In this document: positions 26,830 to 38,749 of the stretch, one piece after another
Layout of the letters: every line of letters begins with the position of its first letter
How positions within the stretch are numbered: the first letter of the stretch is position 1
Source of the DNA: Lama guanicoe
Lineage: Eukaryota
Assembly: GCA_013239625.1 (NCBI GenBank)
Contig: MU053881.1
Span: forward strand, 13,816,373 to 13,880,372
Length of the DNA stretch: 64,000 bases
Direction of reading: 5' to 3'
The notes under the pieces: generated by a model
What the model saw: the letters and a program-made list of their open reading frames with translations, nothing else
The model's database searches: none
What the model was told of the DNA's origin: nothing
Position numbers and translations under genes: made by a program

Positions 26830-27580
26830 AGGTGGCTATTGATTGATTCATGCAATATATATGTTTTGATGATCTACAGCAAAGTTACGGTTGTAGGTGC
26901 TGGAGAGACACGGATGAGCAAAACAGGTCTGATCTCGCTTTCAAGGCATTTTCAGGCTAATGGGGGAGCCATGGCAGCAAATAATGAGCACAAATAGAAT
27001 GTGGTCAATCCCGATCAGTGTCAAGGAAGCCATGTGAGAGAATAACCCTGTGATGCGTGCTTCAGTCAGGGAGGTCAAAGACAGTCCCGCCAAGAAGGGG
27101 GCATTTATGCCCAAGTTGAAAGGTTGAGAAGAACCAGCCACATCAGTGTGGGTGTGCAGGGGGTGCTGGGAGAATGTGAACTTGAGGCGAGGGAGTAGCA
27201 TTTGCAAAGACCCTGAGGTGGAAGACACCTTGCTCATATCGGGAAAGCTCAAGTCAACCAAGTGGCTGGAGCTAGATGAGCATCGTGCGATGAGAGGAGG
27301 GACATCCAGGGACCAGCTCGTGCTGGGCCTACCAGGGCACGCTGAGAATGTGTGACCCTGTCTTAAGAGCATGGGGAGTCATTGGAGGATGGAGACGCGA
27401 TGTGATGTAACTTTAAAGATGGTCACCTGTATGCAGCATGACAGACCGATTAGAGGGGGGACAAGCGTGTAAACAGGGAGTCCATGGAGGTGGTTATCGC
27501 AGGAGCCCACGGGGAGGACCGTGGCTTGGTCCTGGGTCCTGGCCTGGAGGAAGGGAGAGGGATGGATTTGAAATTTTCTT
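26830..27580 (-). mobile_element. L2 LINE
   Basis: Antisense L2 text (gggagtagcatttgcaaagaccctgaggtgg...ggggagtcattggagg). Confidence 0.75.
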
Positions 27581-28039
27581 CAAAAAGAGACCCCAAAATA
27601 CTTACCTGCAGGGGAGGGAAAGGGAAGGGAAAGTGGGTCCATTCAATCTCAATCTCAAGTACGAAGCGGCCCTTGGGAAGAGGCTCCGTCCAGTCCCATT
27701 GCTGAGCCACTGACAGTGCCATTGACTGATGGGTGTGCATTTTAATTTTCAGATCTGTCTGTAAAGTTGGTATACACTCTATCCTGATTACACAGGACTA
27801 TTGTGAAGGAAAAAGTAGAATCATTCCTAGAACGCATTTATAAAGATGTCAAGCTCAGTGGGAGCGGAAGGTCCCGGCCACAGCGCTGCCCTCGTAGTGG
27901 AAGGCACCCACATCAATGTCAAAAAGTTGTGAAGGGTAAATGAACAGATAACAGTGTACTGAGTTTCACTCTCTAAACCATTTACTTCTCAATAAGGATT
28001 GATGTCTTGGGCCTGGCTCTGTGATTTATTAGCTTAGTA

Positions 28040-28280
28040 ACCTTGAAAATGTCAACAATATCAGATCAGGTACCATGTGCCAGACATTATGCTTAGTGAG
28101 CGCTTTGCACACTTCACCTCATTGACTCCTCACGGCCATCGGGTGTGCAGGACTTGTCCTTGTTTAGTAGGTAAAGAGGTTTCTGCCCCTGAGATTAGCT
28201 CACTTGACCTCACTTACTAACTAGAAAAGGTCTCTGGCAGAGCCAGGACTCAAACCAAGTTCTCAACACCCCGCTCAGCT
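28040..28280 (-). mobile_element. MIR SINE
   Basis: taccatgtgccagacatt...ggcagagccaggactcaaacc. Confidence 0.7.
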
Positions 28281-28441
28281 CTCCACGCGTCCATTTCTAT
28301 GTCTTGACACTGATATAATCCTGCCTGCCTTACATGTTAGTTGGGAAGATCAGATTAAATGGCATGTGTAAAATATATCTATAAACTGTAGTGTATTTTG
28401 GCAAATATGTGGAGTCTAAGACAGGTACAAGCTCTATGTAA

Positions 28442-28736
28442 TTTATTCTGCCAATTTACGGCCATGAATTAGATGCTTAGAAATCTGAGCGTTCATGTCC
28501 TTCTGCTGAGTCCTGAAGAGGTGATTTTTCTTTTGCATCTTTGTGTACTTTTGCATTTGTCATTTAGTTTTAATCTGTGTTTCTTCTCCTGGGACCTGGC
28601 TGAGGTGGTATGCTTGGGAGAACACACTTTTTTTTTTTTTGGTCTGCCTTTAATCGGCTATTTTGGATCTGTCACTGATGAACTGGCAGCTTTTCAGGAT
28701 GTCTTGAGATGATGCAATTTGAGATTAAGGTCTGTG
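28442..28736 (-). other. Putative terminal exon (E) of unidentified minus-strand gene/pseudogene
   Basis: Acceptor ttcttggctgccag at 28737; AATAAA at 28447-28442; stop at 28672 (phase-1 frame) or 28493 (phase-2 frame, interrupted by two stops). Confidence 0.45.
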
Positions 28737-28887
28737 CTGGCAGCCAAGAATTATAACTTTAAAATGTCTTAATAGATACAAAGTCCCGGTTAAGGTCACA
28801 TCCTGTAGAAATGTGGGGGAATAGCTTTTCCTCATTTTGACTGTGTTCAAAACTGGCAACAATTTAGAAAAATGGAAACTTACTCAC

Positions 28888-29054
28888 GTAACCCAGGACC
28901 CAAGAACTCCATACTCTTACTGAAAATATGCAAGGGCGAACAGACTGATTTAAATGAAGCAGATAATTGATACGAAGAATTAACAGATAATACCTTTCTT
29001 TTCAGATTTAGACATGCAGGTGACATTTCAGACATGCTACTGATTGAAAAAAGT
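28888..29054 (-). other. Putative internal exon D (may be two exons, 29054-28994 and 28919-28884)
   Basis: Acceptor tgtgcatttctatag; tandem donors TAC|GTGAGT and TGA|GTAAGT; one frame open throughout; internal 74-nt GT...tattttcAG segment. Confidence 0.5.
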
Positions 29055-29436
29055 CTATAGAAATGCACAGATAGTCTAATTTATGTCTAGCCCAATCAAA
29101 GATAAAAAAAATTCAGCAACACATGTAGACACAACACATTCCATTCTAGCTTTCACTTGGCGTGTGGGTCCCTGGTAGAAGGCTTAGGTGTCGATGGCAG
29201 TTCTTGAAGGATAAGATGACAATGAACTTGAGAAAGACCTAATTTGTGGTGTGTTATGTCACCATTCTGGAAGAACTTAAATGAGCTGTATGTGAACTTC
29301 CATTTCAGGGAATATTGACACATTCTAGACTCTTGAGTCATGATTAGCTAAGCAAGGCCAGATCCTCACCCAGGGAAGAAAACAGTGTCTAGATTTCTCT
29401 GGATAAAATCTCTTCCTATGTATCTTCTCTTGTTCC

Positions 29437-29504
29437 TTTGTCTGATGTGCTTGTGGAAGGGGGTGAGTTCAGGGTCTTTCTGCTCCCCTATCTTGGCCAA
29501 CCTC
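29437..29504 (-). mobile_element. Isolated L1 5'-terminal fragment (~70 bp)
   Basis: Aligns by eye to 1485-1554 (ttgtgg.ag.ggg.gag.tc...atcttggcc..cctc). Confidence 0.7.
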
Positions 29505-29625
29505 CTTTGCATATTTTTTCTACTCCAGAAAGCCTAACCACATTCCCTAGAAGGGAGCCAGAACAAGTGGAGAAAACACGGTGCTTTTTTTCTGTGATAA
29601 GTGACCAAACTTGTTCACAAGTCAC

Positions 29626-29679
29626 CTGTGTGGATGTGGAATCTGTAAGAAAGAGACTATCTCTCCAGGACTGGAAGTC
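29626..29679 (-). other. Putative 54-nt internal exon C
   Basis: Strong acceptor ctttcttctccctgctttgcag and donor CAG|GTGACT; frame-preserving length. Confidence 0.55.
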
Positions 29680-30339
29680 CTGCAAAGCAGGGAGAAGAAA
29701 GCGTCGGTGAACAATGCCTGTCCTGGTTCCTGCATAAAACTGCTGAAGACGTGGTAATGTGTGCTACCTCCATGCATCATTGTACGATAAGTAGGATAAA
29801 TGTTCAGACAGTGTTAATACACTGGCTATCATGTTTGCAAATAAATATGCTGAGAAGAGATCGTCATCAGAAGAAATGGCAATTTCGATAGTAAAAATTA
29901 CCGAATGCATTCACATGGGTGTGTATGGAGCAACAGCCTAAAGAAATGAATAATAAAATTGATCACAATGAATATAGAGGTCAATGCCTGGCCCTAAATG
30001 AATATCTAGTAAATAGTAAATGCCCAAAATTAATGGGATCAATTGTGGAGAAAAATCAATATGGCTGGTCTGTGTGAGAGCATTAACTTTAATGGTTCTC
30101 ATTTTTATGTATTAAGTCTACTTGAAAAAGAGCAAATGAGCAATAAAATAACTTAGGTTGGTACCTTGCTATTTTTCTTACGTGACAGTTGTGTTTTCTA
30201 TGGCTCAACCTAATTCCTGGCCATGTAAAACCAGAGGGACAACAGTTTCACCTCATGATTCCAAACAACCGGTTTGACTTCTTTTTATGGTGAATTGACT
30301 GTTTTAAAATCAGATTGTTTACAGTCACCTTTGGCTTGT

Positions 30340-31010
30340 TTGTTAGGATTAAATTCATTTGTTCATCAAACATTTACTTAATTCTTTCTATGTACCCAGT
30401 GAGTACTTTTATAGGAACTGAAAATACAGGAGTGAACAAGGCAGATAAGTTCCCTGCTCCCATGGAGATTATGTTTTGATGTGAGACAGACCATTAAGAA
30501 GAACATAAATAAGATTACTTCATAAACTAGTAATGTTATCAATCATAAAGAATAAAGTAAGTCACTAAACTGTTTATGTTTTGTGGGAAAGTACTCATGC
30601 ACATGGACTAGATGAGACATGGGGATCTGGGAAAAGTTCTCTGAAAAGATTAGCTTTTGGTCTCTGAATAATGAGGAACCGGCTATGGGACAAGTTGTGG
30701 GAAGAACATTCTAGGCAGGGTGAACAGCAAAAGAAAAAGCTCTGGGTCAGATATAAGCTTAGAGAGAATAAATTCTTGACATACAAGGCCAGTAAGCTGG
30801 AGCATAATGAAAAAGTGGGAGAGTGGTAAGAAATAAATTAGAGAGAAAGGGGCCAGAACTTGGTACATTTTCTAAACCTTGGAAACAAGGTTATATTTTA
30901 TCTTGAGTGCACTGGGAAACTGTTGGATGGTACTTAGTAGTCTGTGAAATGACTTACTTTAATTCTTTAATGGATTGTTTGGCTTCAATGTGGAGGGTGG
31001 GTTGGTCAAT
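30340..31010 (-). mobile_element. L2 LINE 3' part
   Basis: ttcatttgttcatcaaacatttact start; gaagaacattctaggcagggtgaacagc. Confidence 0.8.
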
Positions 31011-31238
31011 AAATCCCTGACCTAATAACTGTTTGGTTAGATGGTAACTTTTGCAATTCAGTTGCCAAATTCAACTGTCAAAATTTATTCACTCAGCCAG
31101 TGTTTGTTGAGCACTTCGTGCTATGCCCTAGGAATACAAAGACAGATAAGACATTGCCTCTGCCATCAAGAATCTCAAAGTCTAGCAAAAAACTGTTACA
31201 GAAAGTAAACAAATCATCATTTACAGTTTTGACTTTAC

Positions 31239-31313
31239 CTAAGTGAAGGTACAGATGTTTCTTCCTAATTTGAATTTGACATGGATTAGAGGACTGGAAT
31301 CTACGGCTCTCCA
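31239..31313 (-). other. Possible 75-nt phase 1-1 exon X
   Basis: ttcttcag acceptor (weak, poly-A upstream) and TAG|GTAAAG donor; open frame VESRRFQSSNPCQIQIRKKHLYLHL. Confidence 0.25.
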
Positions 31314-31509
31314 CTGAAGAATTCCTTTTTTTTTTTTTTTTTTTTTGGCCTGAGGGTCTGCTAATTAGCAATAGCCTTTATATTAGTCAGGCCTTCTTCA
31401 GTTGCAATGGATGAGAAATCAAACTAGCTTAAGACAAAAAAGAAGTATATGGAAGATTTATTACTTCCACGTAAATCTAAAATTAGTTCAAAGTAAAATG
31501 TTTCTAAGT

Positions 31510-31745
31510 TGTAGAATGCATCTAAAGCAGTGTTTAGAGTGAAATGTGTGGTGTAATAGCAATTTACAACTTCAAGTACTTATGTTAGAAAAGAAAAAGA
31601 GTGAAATCAGTGATTGAAATTTCTCCCTTACAAAGTTAGAAAAAGAACACATTCAATTCCAAGTAAATAGAAACAAGGAAAACTTATATAAAGATAGAAA
31701 TTAATAAAATGGAAAACAGACAATACAGAAAATTAACAGAGAGCA
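31510..31745 (+). mobile_element. L1 ORF2 fragment
   Basis: atgcatctaaagcagtgtttagag...aagttagaaaaagaa, the WDAAKAVLRG region. Confidence 0.75.
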
Positions 31746-31863
31746 AACCAACTTTCTAAACTCTACTTTTTGTACGTCTAAATACATATATCTACTTGTT
31801 TCTGCCAAGTAGTTAAGAATAATTTTTTTTTTTAAATTCACAACTCGAAGCTTTTTGGACTAC

Positions 31864-32016
31864 CCAAATAATATTATTTTGTGCTTCAAAACGCCTTCAA
31901 AGGCAGGCATGTTGTTAAACAGTTCAGGGATTCCTGTGTCTTGCTTAGCACCAATGCAGCGTTCACTGTGGTCCCAGGGGTTGGATGAGCCATTTATTTC
32001 TGATTCATAAGTTACA
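31864..32016 (-). other. Putative internal exon B (153 nt; 3' end uncertain)
   Basis: Acceptor catctcttttag; open frame VTYESEINGSSNPWDHSERCIG...; donor weak (TGG|GTAGTC), or a decayed AAG|GC site at 31895. Confidence 0.42.
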
Positions 32017-32206
32017 CTAAAAGAGATGCCCTTTGGTCTGCCAGATTTATAAAGTGAAAATCTCCTGTTAGAACCCCCTTTTTTTTCAGTTTGCCAACAA
32101 AACTCTGAAAACTGGAGCTCAGATTCACTCATTTTGAAATACCCTCAGGTCAGAAGCAGTCTCAAGTGTTCTGCTTACTGCTGCGGATTCTGGGCTTCAC
32201 TTAAAG

Positions 32207-32519
32207 CAGAGGTCAGCAAACAGTTTTCATAAAGAGTTAGATCATGTAGGCACTGATTGCAGTCATAACATCTCATCATGACGACTCAACCCTGCCATTT
32301 AGGGCAAAAGCAGCAGTGAAAAATAAAATAAATGAGGAGGCTATGTTTCAGTAAAACTTCACTTGAACATTGAAATTTGAGTTTCACATAATTTTCATGT
32401 GGCACTTTTTTTTTTTTTGCAGCTATTTAAAACTATGGAAAACATTCTTAGCTTAGGGACCACGCAAAAACAGACAGCTGCCCAGATTTGTCTCACGGGC
32501 TGGAGTTTACCAACCTCTG
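32207..32519 (+). mobile_element. MER58-type hAT-Charlie MITE, complete
   Basis: TIRs cagaggtcagcaaac / gtttaccaacctctg; 8-bp degenerate TSD acttaaag / actcacag. Confidence 0.85.
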
Positions 32520-33179
32520 ACTCACAGATTTGCCTGATATATTTTTGCTTCTTTGTTAGTCTTTGCTGGTATATGTTTATACATGTATTTGTGTGTGTGT
32601 GTGTGTGTGTGAGTCTCCATGTGACAGGAGACTATGATCAGATTAACAAAAATTGAAGTAAATGCAGAAGAACATTTAGGAATACTTACAGATTCCTTAA
32701 TCTTCCTACATTTTTCACAGTTTTTAGACTGTAAGGTCTCATCCATTTAGATTTAGAGCCATTTCTTCACCAGAGTTAGAATTAAAAAGAGAGTCTGTAT
32801 GCAGGCAGGCAGAGAGTGATGTATCTGCAGACCAAGGAGTGCTGGAGGGAACTAGTTACAAAACCTAGGCATAATAGAAAGAGCAACTGCCTGAGGCACT
32901 GAGGATTGGGCAGAAGAAGGCACGGTGGTGGGAGTGCTCTGTTGGGGCTGGGGAGGAGTAGGACTGAACGAAGTAAGTTCTGTTTTCCCAGCCTTTGGTC
33001 TAGGACTAAGTGCATTTGGTATGGCTCAGGTGAGGTGGCAAGAGTGCACTTGGATTTTTTTTTTAATGCACTTTTTTCCTGGCAAGGGGAACTGCAGCTA
33101 CTGAGATAAATTAGGAAATCCTGGAAGGAAAAAAAGGTGGGGTGGGGAATCCTGCAATTCTTTCTACCCACATCTCTGA

Positions 33180-34420
33180 TTAGCCCCTGGACCACATATG
33201 GATGGCCAGACCCAGAACAGCTTGACTAAAGACAGAATATCTGGAAATGACAGAAGTTAAGGTAGATTGGTAGAAGTTATCTAATTTGAAGAAGAGAGAG
33301 AGAAAAAAATAAAAGTAAGAAAATAAGAGAAAGGAAAATAAAATTAAATGGACAGAGCTCTGAGGACCTGTTAAAAAATAACAAATGCCTATAATGAAAA
33401 AATATGAAAACGAATATATGTATGTATATGGATGAATGAAACATGCTGTTTGTACACTAGAAATTGACACAAGATTGTAAACTGACTAGACTTCAATAGG
33501 AAAAATAATAATGACAAATGGTCTGACATATTGGACAACTGGAATCCTGAAAGGGGAAGAAAGAAAAAATTATATGACAGCAAAAATATTTTAAAGTAAT
33601 GGCTCCAAATTCCCCATATGTGATTGAAGAAATTTGCAGATACAAGATGGTTAATAAACACAAAGCAGAAACAAACATGAAGAAGCTCATACTGTCAAAC
33701 TATTAAAAGCTACAATCAACCTATTAAACACCAGAGATGAAAAGCAAATCTTGAGAGAGTAGCCAGGGAAAATATACATTACCAACGGGGAACAGTGATC
33801 CAATGAATGTCTGATTTCCCGTCAGAAACCATGGAGGCCAGAAGAGAGTGGAACAACTCTTTTAAAGTGCTGAAAGAAATAGAAAAATCATGCCAGATTC
33901 TGTAAATTAGAATTTTTTTTTAATCCCGAAGTAGAAAATTCAGAGGAAAAAAAACAACCTTAAAAAATCAAGACCAATTCATCCTAAAGAAAACTAAGAG
34001 AATTCTCTACCAGTTAAAGTCTTTAAGGGAAATCTACAGACTAAAAGAAATGACACCAGATGGAAATTCACATCCTCAAATAACACTTAAGCACATTGTA
34101 AATAATATGCATCTGAATAAATTTTTAAAGCATTTTATTCTTTTTTACTTTTCCTCTTAATTTCTTATCAGTTATGTAACTTTGAAGCAAAATTTAATGT
34201 TGTCTTGTGGGGTTTATAATACACAAAGATAAAATATATATAACAGCGATAACACAAAGGATTGAGTTTATAGAGGTGTATACTACTGCCAGATTCTTAA
34301 ATTTGTGTGAAAAGGTACTAGTTTATCTCTAAGCAGATCATGAAACAATAAGGATGTATTTTGTTTTCCCTAAAACAACAACTTTAAAAGATGCAATGAA
34401 GTATTAAAAAGTATTAGAAG
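33180..34420 (+). mobile_element. Old L1 ORF1-region fragment
   Basis: ORF1-like text (gatttcccgtcagaaaccatggaggccagaagagagtggaac). Confidence 0.8.
33388..33509 (+). mobile_element. Camelid L1 3' tip nested in the older L1
   Basis: TSD aataacaaatg (33377-33387) / aatgacaaatg (33510-33520); same 3'UTR end as the copies at 6.3 and 23.5 kb. Confidence 0.8.
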
Positions 34421-34479
34421 AGGCTGCAGGATGCTCTGTAGGAGATTTGAGGGCTGAACAGTAACAGGTGAGAATGGAA

Positions 34480-34895
34480 TTAGAAGAGCTCTCATGGGCT
34501 ACTGGAGGAGCCCCAGAGCTGCACCACTTGAATCTCCTTTCAAGAAAAAACTTGACTTTTGATTGTGCTAAGCTGACAGCTTCCAGCTGTTAACACCTTC
34601 AGAACCTGCCTCAGCTTTCAAGCTGAAGTCATGGTTTTCCTGGGCACCTCCAGACAGAGACTGAGCGTGGTGGGGCACTGGGGCCCGGACATTTCTGTCC
34701 AGCTCAGGACTTCTCTAGTGGAAAATCTTTGTTCCAGCGATCCTCCACTGGGTTGCCAGGACTTTCTCCCTGTCTACACTGTGGTCAGAAACCTTTCTTC
34801 AACGCTGCTTCCTCTCCTTTCATCTTTCTCCCGTAGTAAACCTCTTGTAGTCCTAATTACATCTCAGCATCCGCTCCCCGAGGACCCAATTAATG
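34480..34895 (+). mobile_element. ERVL LTR (LTR16-like)
   Basis: 3' end agtaaacctcttgtagtcctaattacatctcagcatccgctccccgaggacccaa resembles LTR16. Confidence 0.6.
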
Positions 34896-35904
34896 CTGCT
34901 CCCCTTCCAAAGCTGAGACTGTGCCTGCCTTCTTTAGTTTTCCAGAAAACTGTGATTTATCTGAAGCAAGAGGCGGACAGAGAAGGAAGCATCATTTTTG
35001 CCCGAAGGTTATGAGAAGGGATGTTGTGCCACTTTCCTGTAAACATGCTTCTCCCTCAAGAAGGTCCACAGTGGTGTAGAAATATGCAGCGTCTACATGC
35101 TGGAAGTGCCAAAGTCAAGATCACATTTTTATCCTGGCTTTTCCTGCCCCATAGAGAGGTGACAACAGTATTCAAACATGTTTGCTGAAATAGGCACATG
35201 GGCACATGAAATAAATTCAAGCTATTTATATTTATTGTCACAACACGTCAGTCAAGGTAGAGAAGAGAGTTCTATGCTATTCTTTATTCCTACACTAGAA
35301 GAAATACGGAGCCATTATGGAATGATAAGAGTAATATGAATAAAAATGTAAGAATGAAGCAAGGCTCTTAGGTTTCACTGGTCAAGACAGACTATTAGAA
35401 TCAAGAAATGGCTTTTTTCTTATTTTAATTAAAAAAAAAAGAAGGGTAATTTTGAGACTAGAAACATAAGTAACAAATTTGCACCCATTCAAAATGATGA
35501 TCTTGGGCTCCAAAAAGGAGTCAGTGATCCATTTAACACTTCCTCAATCAGAAGGTTGAAACTTACAGGAGAGTAGGGAGTTGCTGAGTATAAAAGAAAC
35601 AGCACAGGTCTGGCTTGCAGCCTGATTGCACTACATCATAACTGTGATCATGGCTCTGAACTTGATGTTTTCATCTGTAAAACGGACAGAATAACAACAA
35701 AGCAGAAAAATTACTCGGATAAAATAAAAAGATAAAATGATCTGTCAATACCTGGCTGCCAAAGGACTCTCAGATGGTCATATTATCAATTATAGTATAA
35801 TTAGACACATAATTATATTGCAATTATATTAACAAACTGATTATCTATAGATCAGATCAGAGGGCTGCTATTCCCAACCAGGACAATAGAGATGAACAAG
35901 AAAG

Positions 35905-36450
35905 CATATATTCGTTTTCATATTCTTTTTCACCATAGGTTACTGCAAGATATCGAATATATTTCCCTGCGCTATTCAGCGTGAACTTGTTGTTTATCTA
36001 TTTTTTGTATATCAGTATTTGCAAATCTCTAACTCCCAACTTATCCCCTCCTACCATGGTAACTACAAGCTTGTTCTCTATGTCTGAGAATCTGTTTCTG
36101 TTTTGCAAATAAGTTCATTTGTGTTTTGTTTTTTTTTTAGATTCCATCTATAAATGATATCATATGGTATTTTTCTTTCTCTTTCTGGCTTACTTCATGT
36201 GGAATGACAATCTCCAGGTCCATCCATGTTGCTGCAAATGGCATTATTTTATTCTTTTTTATGGCTGGGTGGTATTCCATTGTATTTGTACCACAACTTC
36301 TTTATCCAGTCATCTGTCGATGGACATTTAGGTTGTTTCCATGTTTGGCTATTGTAAATAGTGCTGCTATGAACATTGGGGTGCATGTGTCTCTTTGAAC
36401 TAAGGTTCCCTCTGCACATATGCCCAGGAGTGGGATTGTTGGATCATATA
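35905..36450 (-). mobile_element. Camelid L1 3' fragment
   Basis: Closely similar to 6320-6924. Confidence 0.88.
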
Positions 36451-36609
36451 GGAAAAAAAAAAAACAATTGTTATTAAGGGGGAAAACGAACCCTTTACAG
36501 TTCTCCCTTTATCCCACAATAACCTTGATCTTGCTTCCTTAGTGGTCCTTAGAGGTAAAGTGAAGGAGGGAGAGAGAGAAGGCAGAACAAGGAGAAAGCA
36601 GGGAGACAT

Positions 36610-37040
36610 TAAAGTAAGAGCACACTTGCTGCCTGGCAGAGAACCTCACGTTGTTTTAGCTTTTCTTAAATTCTTGCAACCATATGTGATAAATGCTACA
36701 ATATCCGCTTTACATACTAGGAAACAGGGCCTCAGAAAGTCTCATGAAAACACCCAAGGCCACACAACTGGATGTGTAGAGGGGGAGTTTGACCACCCTA
36801 TGGCTTGACACCAAAGCCTAAGGGAAAGGGGGCAAAAAAGAACACTTGCCCTGTGTGACACTTTACAAAGTGCTTCCCCTACTTGATTTTATTCTACTTC
36901 ACAGAAGATTGGCGAGGAAAGTAAATATGGCAGGTTGGATTTTACAGACGAGGGAGACGGAGTCTCAGAAAGGTTCCATGGCATGCTCAAGGTCACACAA
37001 CAAAGTAGAGAAGGCAGGTTTTGGGGGTCCCATCCCCTCT
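36610..37040 (-). mobile_element. Two adjacent MIR copies
   Basis: Cores tttacatactaggaaacagggcctcaga and ttttacagacgagggagacggagtctcaga. Confidence 0.7.
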
Positions 37041-37403
37041 CTTTTCCCTTGTTCCACTCCCAAGTGAATAGAGGACAGGGAGGAATCTGGAGCAATGTCG
37101 GCCAACTATCCCAGAGAGGAAGAATTTATCTCTATCTTCTGAAAAGGCCCTTGACCATTTCCCTCCCATCATGCAACCTCAGTTCTCATATGAAATTGTA
37201 AGCTCCACAAGAGCAGGAAAAAAAAAAGTTTGTCTTTTACACGGCTGACTAAAGCCCCAATACTTCCTGCAACGCTGGCATGGAGGGAGCAGTTGATGCA
37301 GATTTGTTGAATAAATCAAAGAATTAAGTAGATACAAAGAGAGTGCCAAGCCCTCAAATACCCATTAAGAATGAATTTATAGCTTTGGCAGAGGATGGCT
37401 CAC

Positions 37404-37522
37404 CTGTGAGAGCCTTTAACTACCCCCAAGTAAGCCCTGGTGATGTGCGTGGATGTTTCCTGAGTAAATTTCACTTGTATGTTCACTTTCTTTGTGGTTG
37501 CTGTGGATAACATTTTTCACCT
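37404..37522 (-). other. Putative exon A (ATG at 37513) of the minus-strand candidate
   Basis: Acceptor catttctag and strong donor CAG|GTGAGC; 36 codons + 2 nt open from the ATG, phase fits exon B. Confidence 0.45.
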
Positions 37523-38749
37523 CTAGAAATGTAGATCTCTGGATTTGCAGTAGCTGCCTAACTTTTCCCATTTCTTTCCAGGAGGAAATCAAACATCTCA
37601 TCAAGTATGTGACTCTTTGGCCTTCTGAGTGACCCCAGCCCTGCAGCATCTGGCCTGCATCCAAGGTACCACGGTTTGGAAGTGTGGTGGACATCTTTGA
37701 CCACCTGCCAGGTAGGATGACTTAAGAACAAGGATTTGTTTCTCAGAGTTCAATTACACAAAGAGTTAAGTTATTAGACTTCTTCCATAATCAGCTTAAA
37801 ATCAAGTTAGTGTGACTCCTAAAGCTAGAAGAACAGCATGGCATAACCAAGAAGACCTAATAAATAGTGGAAAAAAAGTACATTTTTTTTATCAGAAAAA
37901 GGTTGTGTGAGAGAATGCAAACCCGTGGCAGACTTGTTCCGTTAGCTTGCCAGATGGGAATCCGAGGTCCCAGGGGTAGGGATGGAGCCGCGGGATGCTC
38001 CTCACACTAATGAGGTTTGCCCTAGAATCCGAGGAGACAGATGGATCTGCAGGTTGGAAGCCCTCAGCAGTCTCCCTGGGACTTGGCGCCATTTCGTTGG
38101 GCCAACTCCCGCCTCTAGCCACTCCCCTTTCTGTGCCCTCCTTCCCCCTCTTCTACCTCCGCTTCTACTTGTTTTGGTAGCTTGTGTAATGTCTGTGCCC
38201 CAGTAAATGTTCCCCCCTGCAAACTTCCTTCTGCATCTCATTGACTGACTCCTTTTCTGACCTCACATAATTCTCTCTCCCTCCTGCCTTTCCCCTCCTC
38301 CCTTCCCCCAGTGTTTTGGTCTGTAACAGCTCCATCTTAATCCTTTCTGACCCCATTAAATTTCTGTTTATTCACAAGTGTTCCAGAAAGAGGTCATGCG
38401 TGAATTAATGAGAAAGAAAGGAAGACACTATTAGAAAATCTCATTTCTGTGTTCCATATTCAATTTAAGGATTTTTTTTTTCTGTTGGGAAAAAAAATGG
38501 GAGAAAATGCTTTCGTCATTTGAGGAAGTGTGGGGGTCTTCCTGCCCACTGCCAGCCTTTAGAACTCTGTGATCTCAGCTAATGTAGATGATCCAATCTC
38601 ACACAGTGAGAAATGAGTAGATTTCCATGAATCATGGCAGATCCACCAAAAAGAGAATAATTCCCAGACACCAAGCTTCATGTCCAAGCATGTGCATGTA
38701 CACTAGCTTGGGAACTCTGGTTCATTGGCTTTTCATGGGGGAATGCTTG

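Noticed and set aside
27878..27902. CTCF-like motif CCACTACGAGGGCAG (minus strand)
   Set aside because: One extra base breaks the core spacing, and it lies in a MIR remnant.
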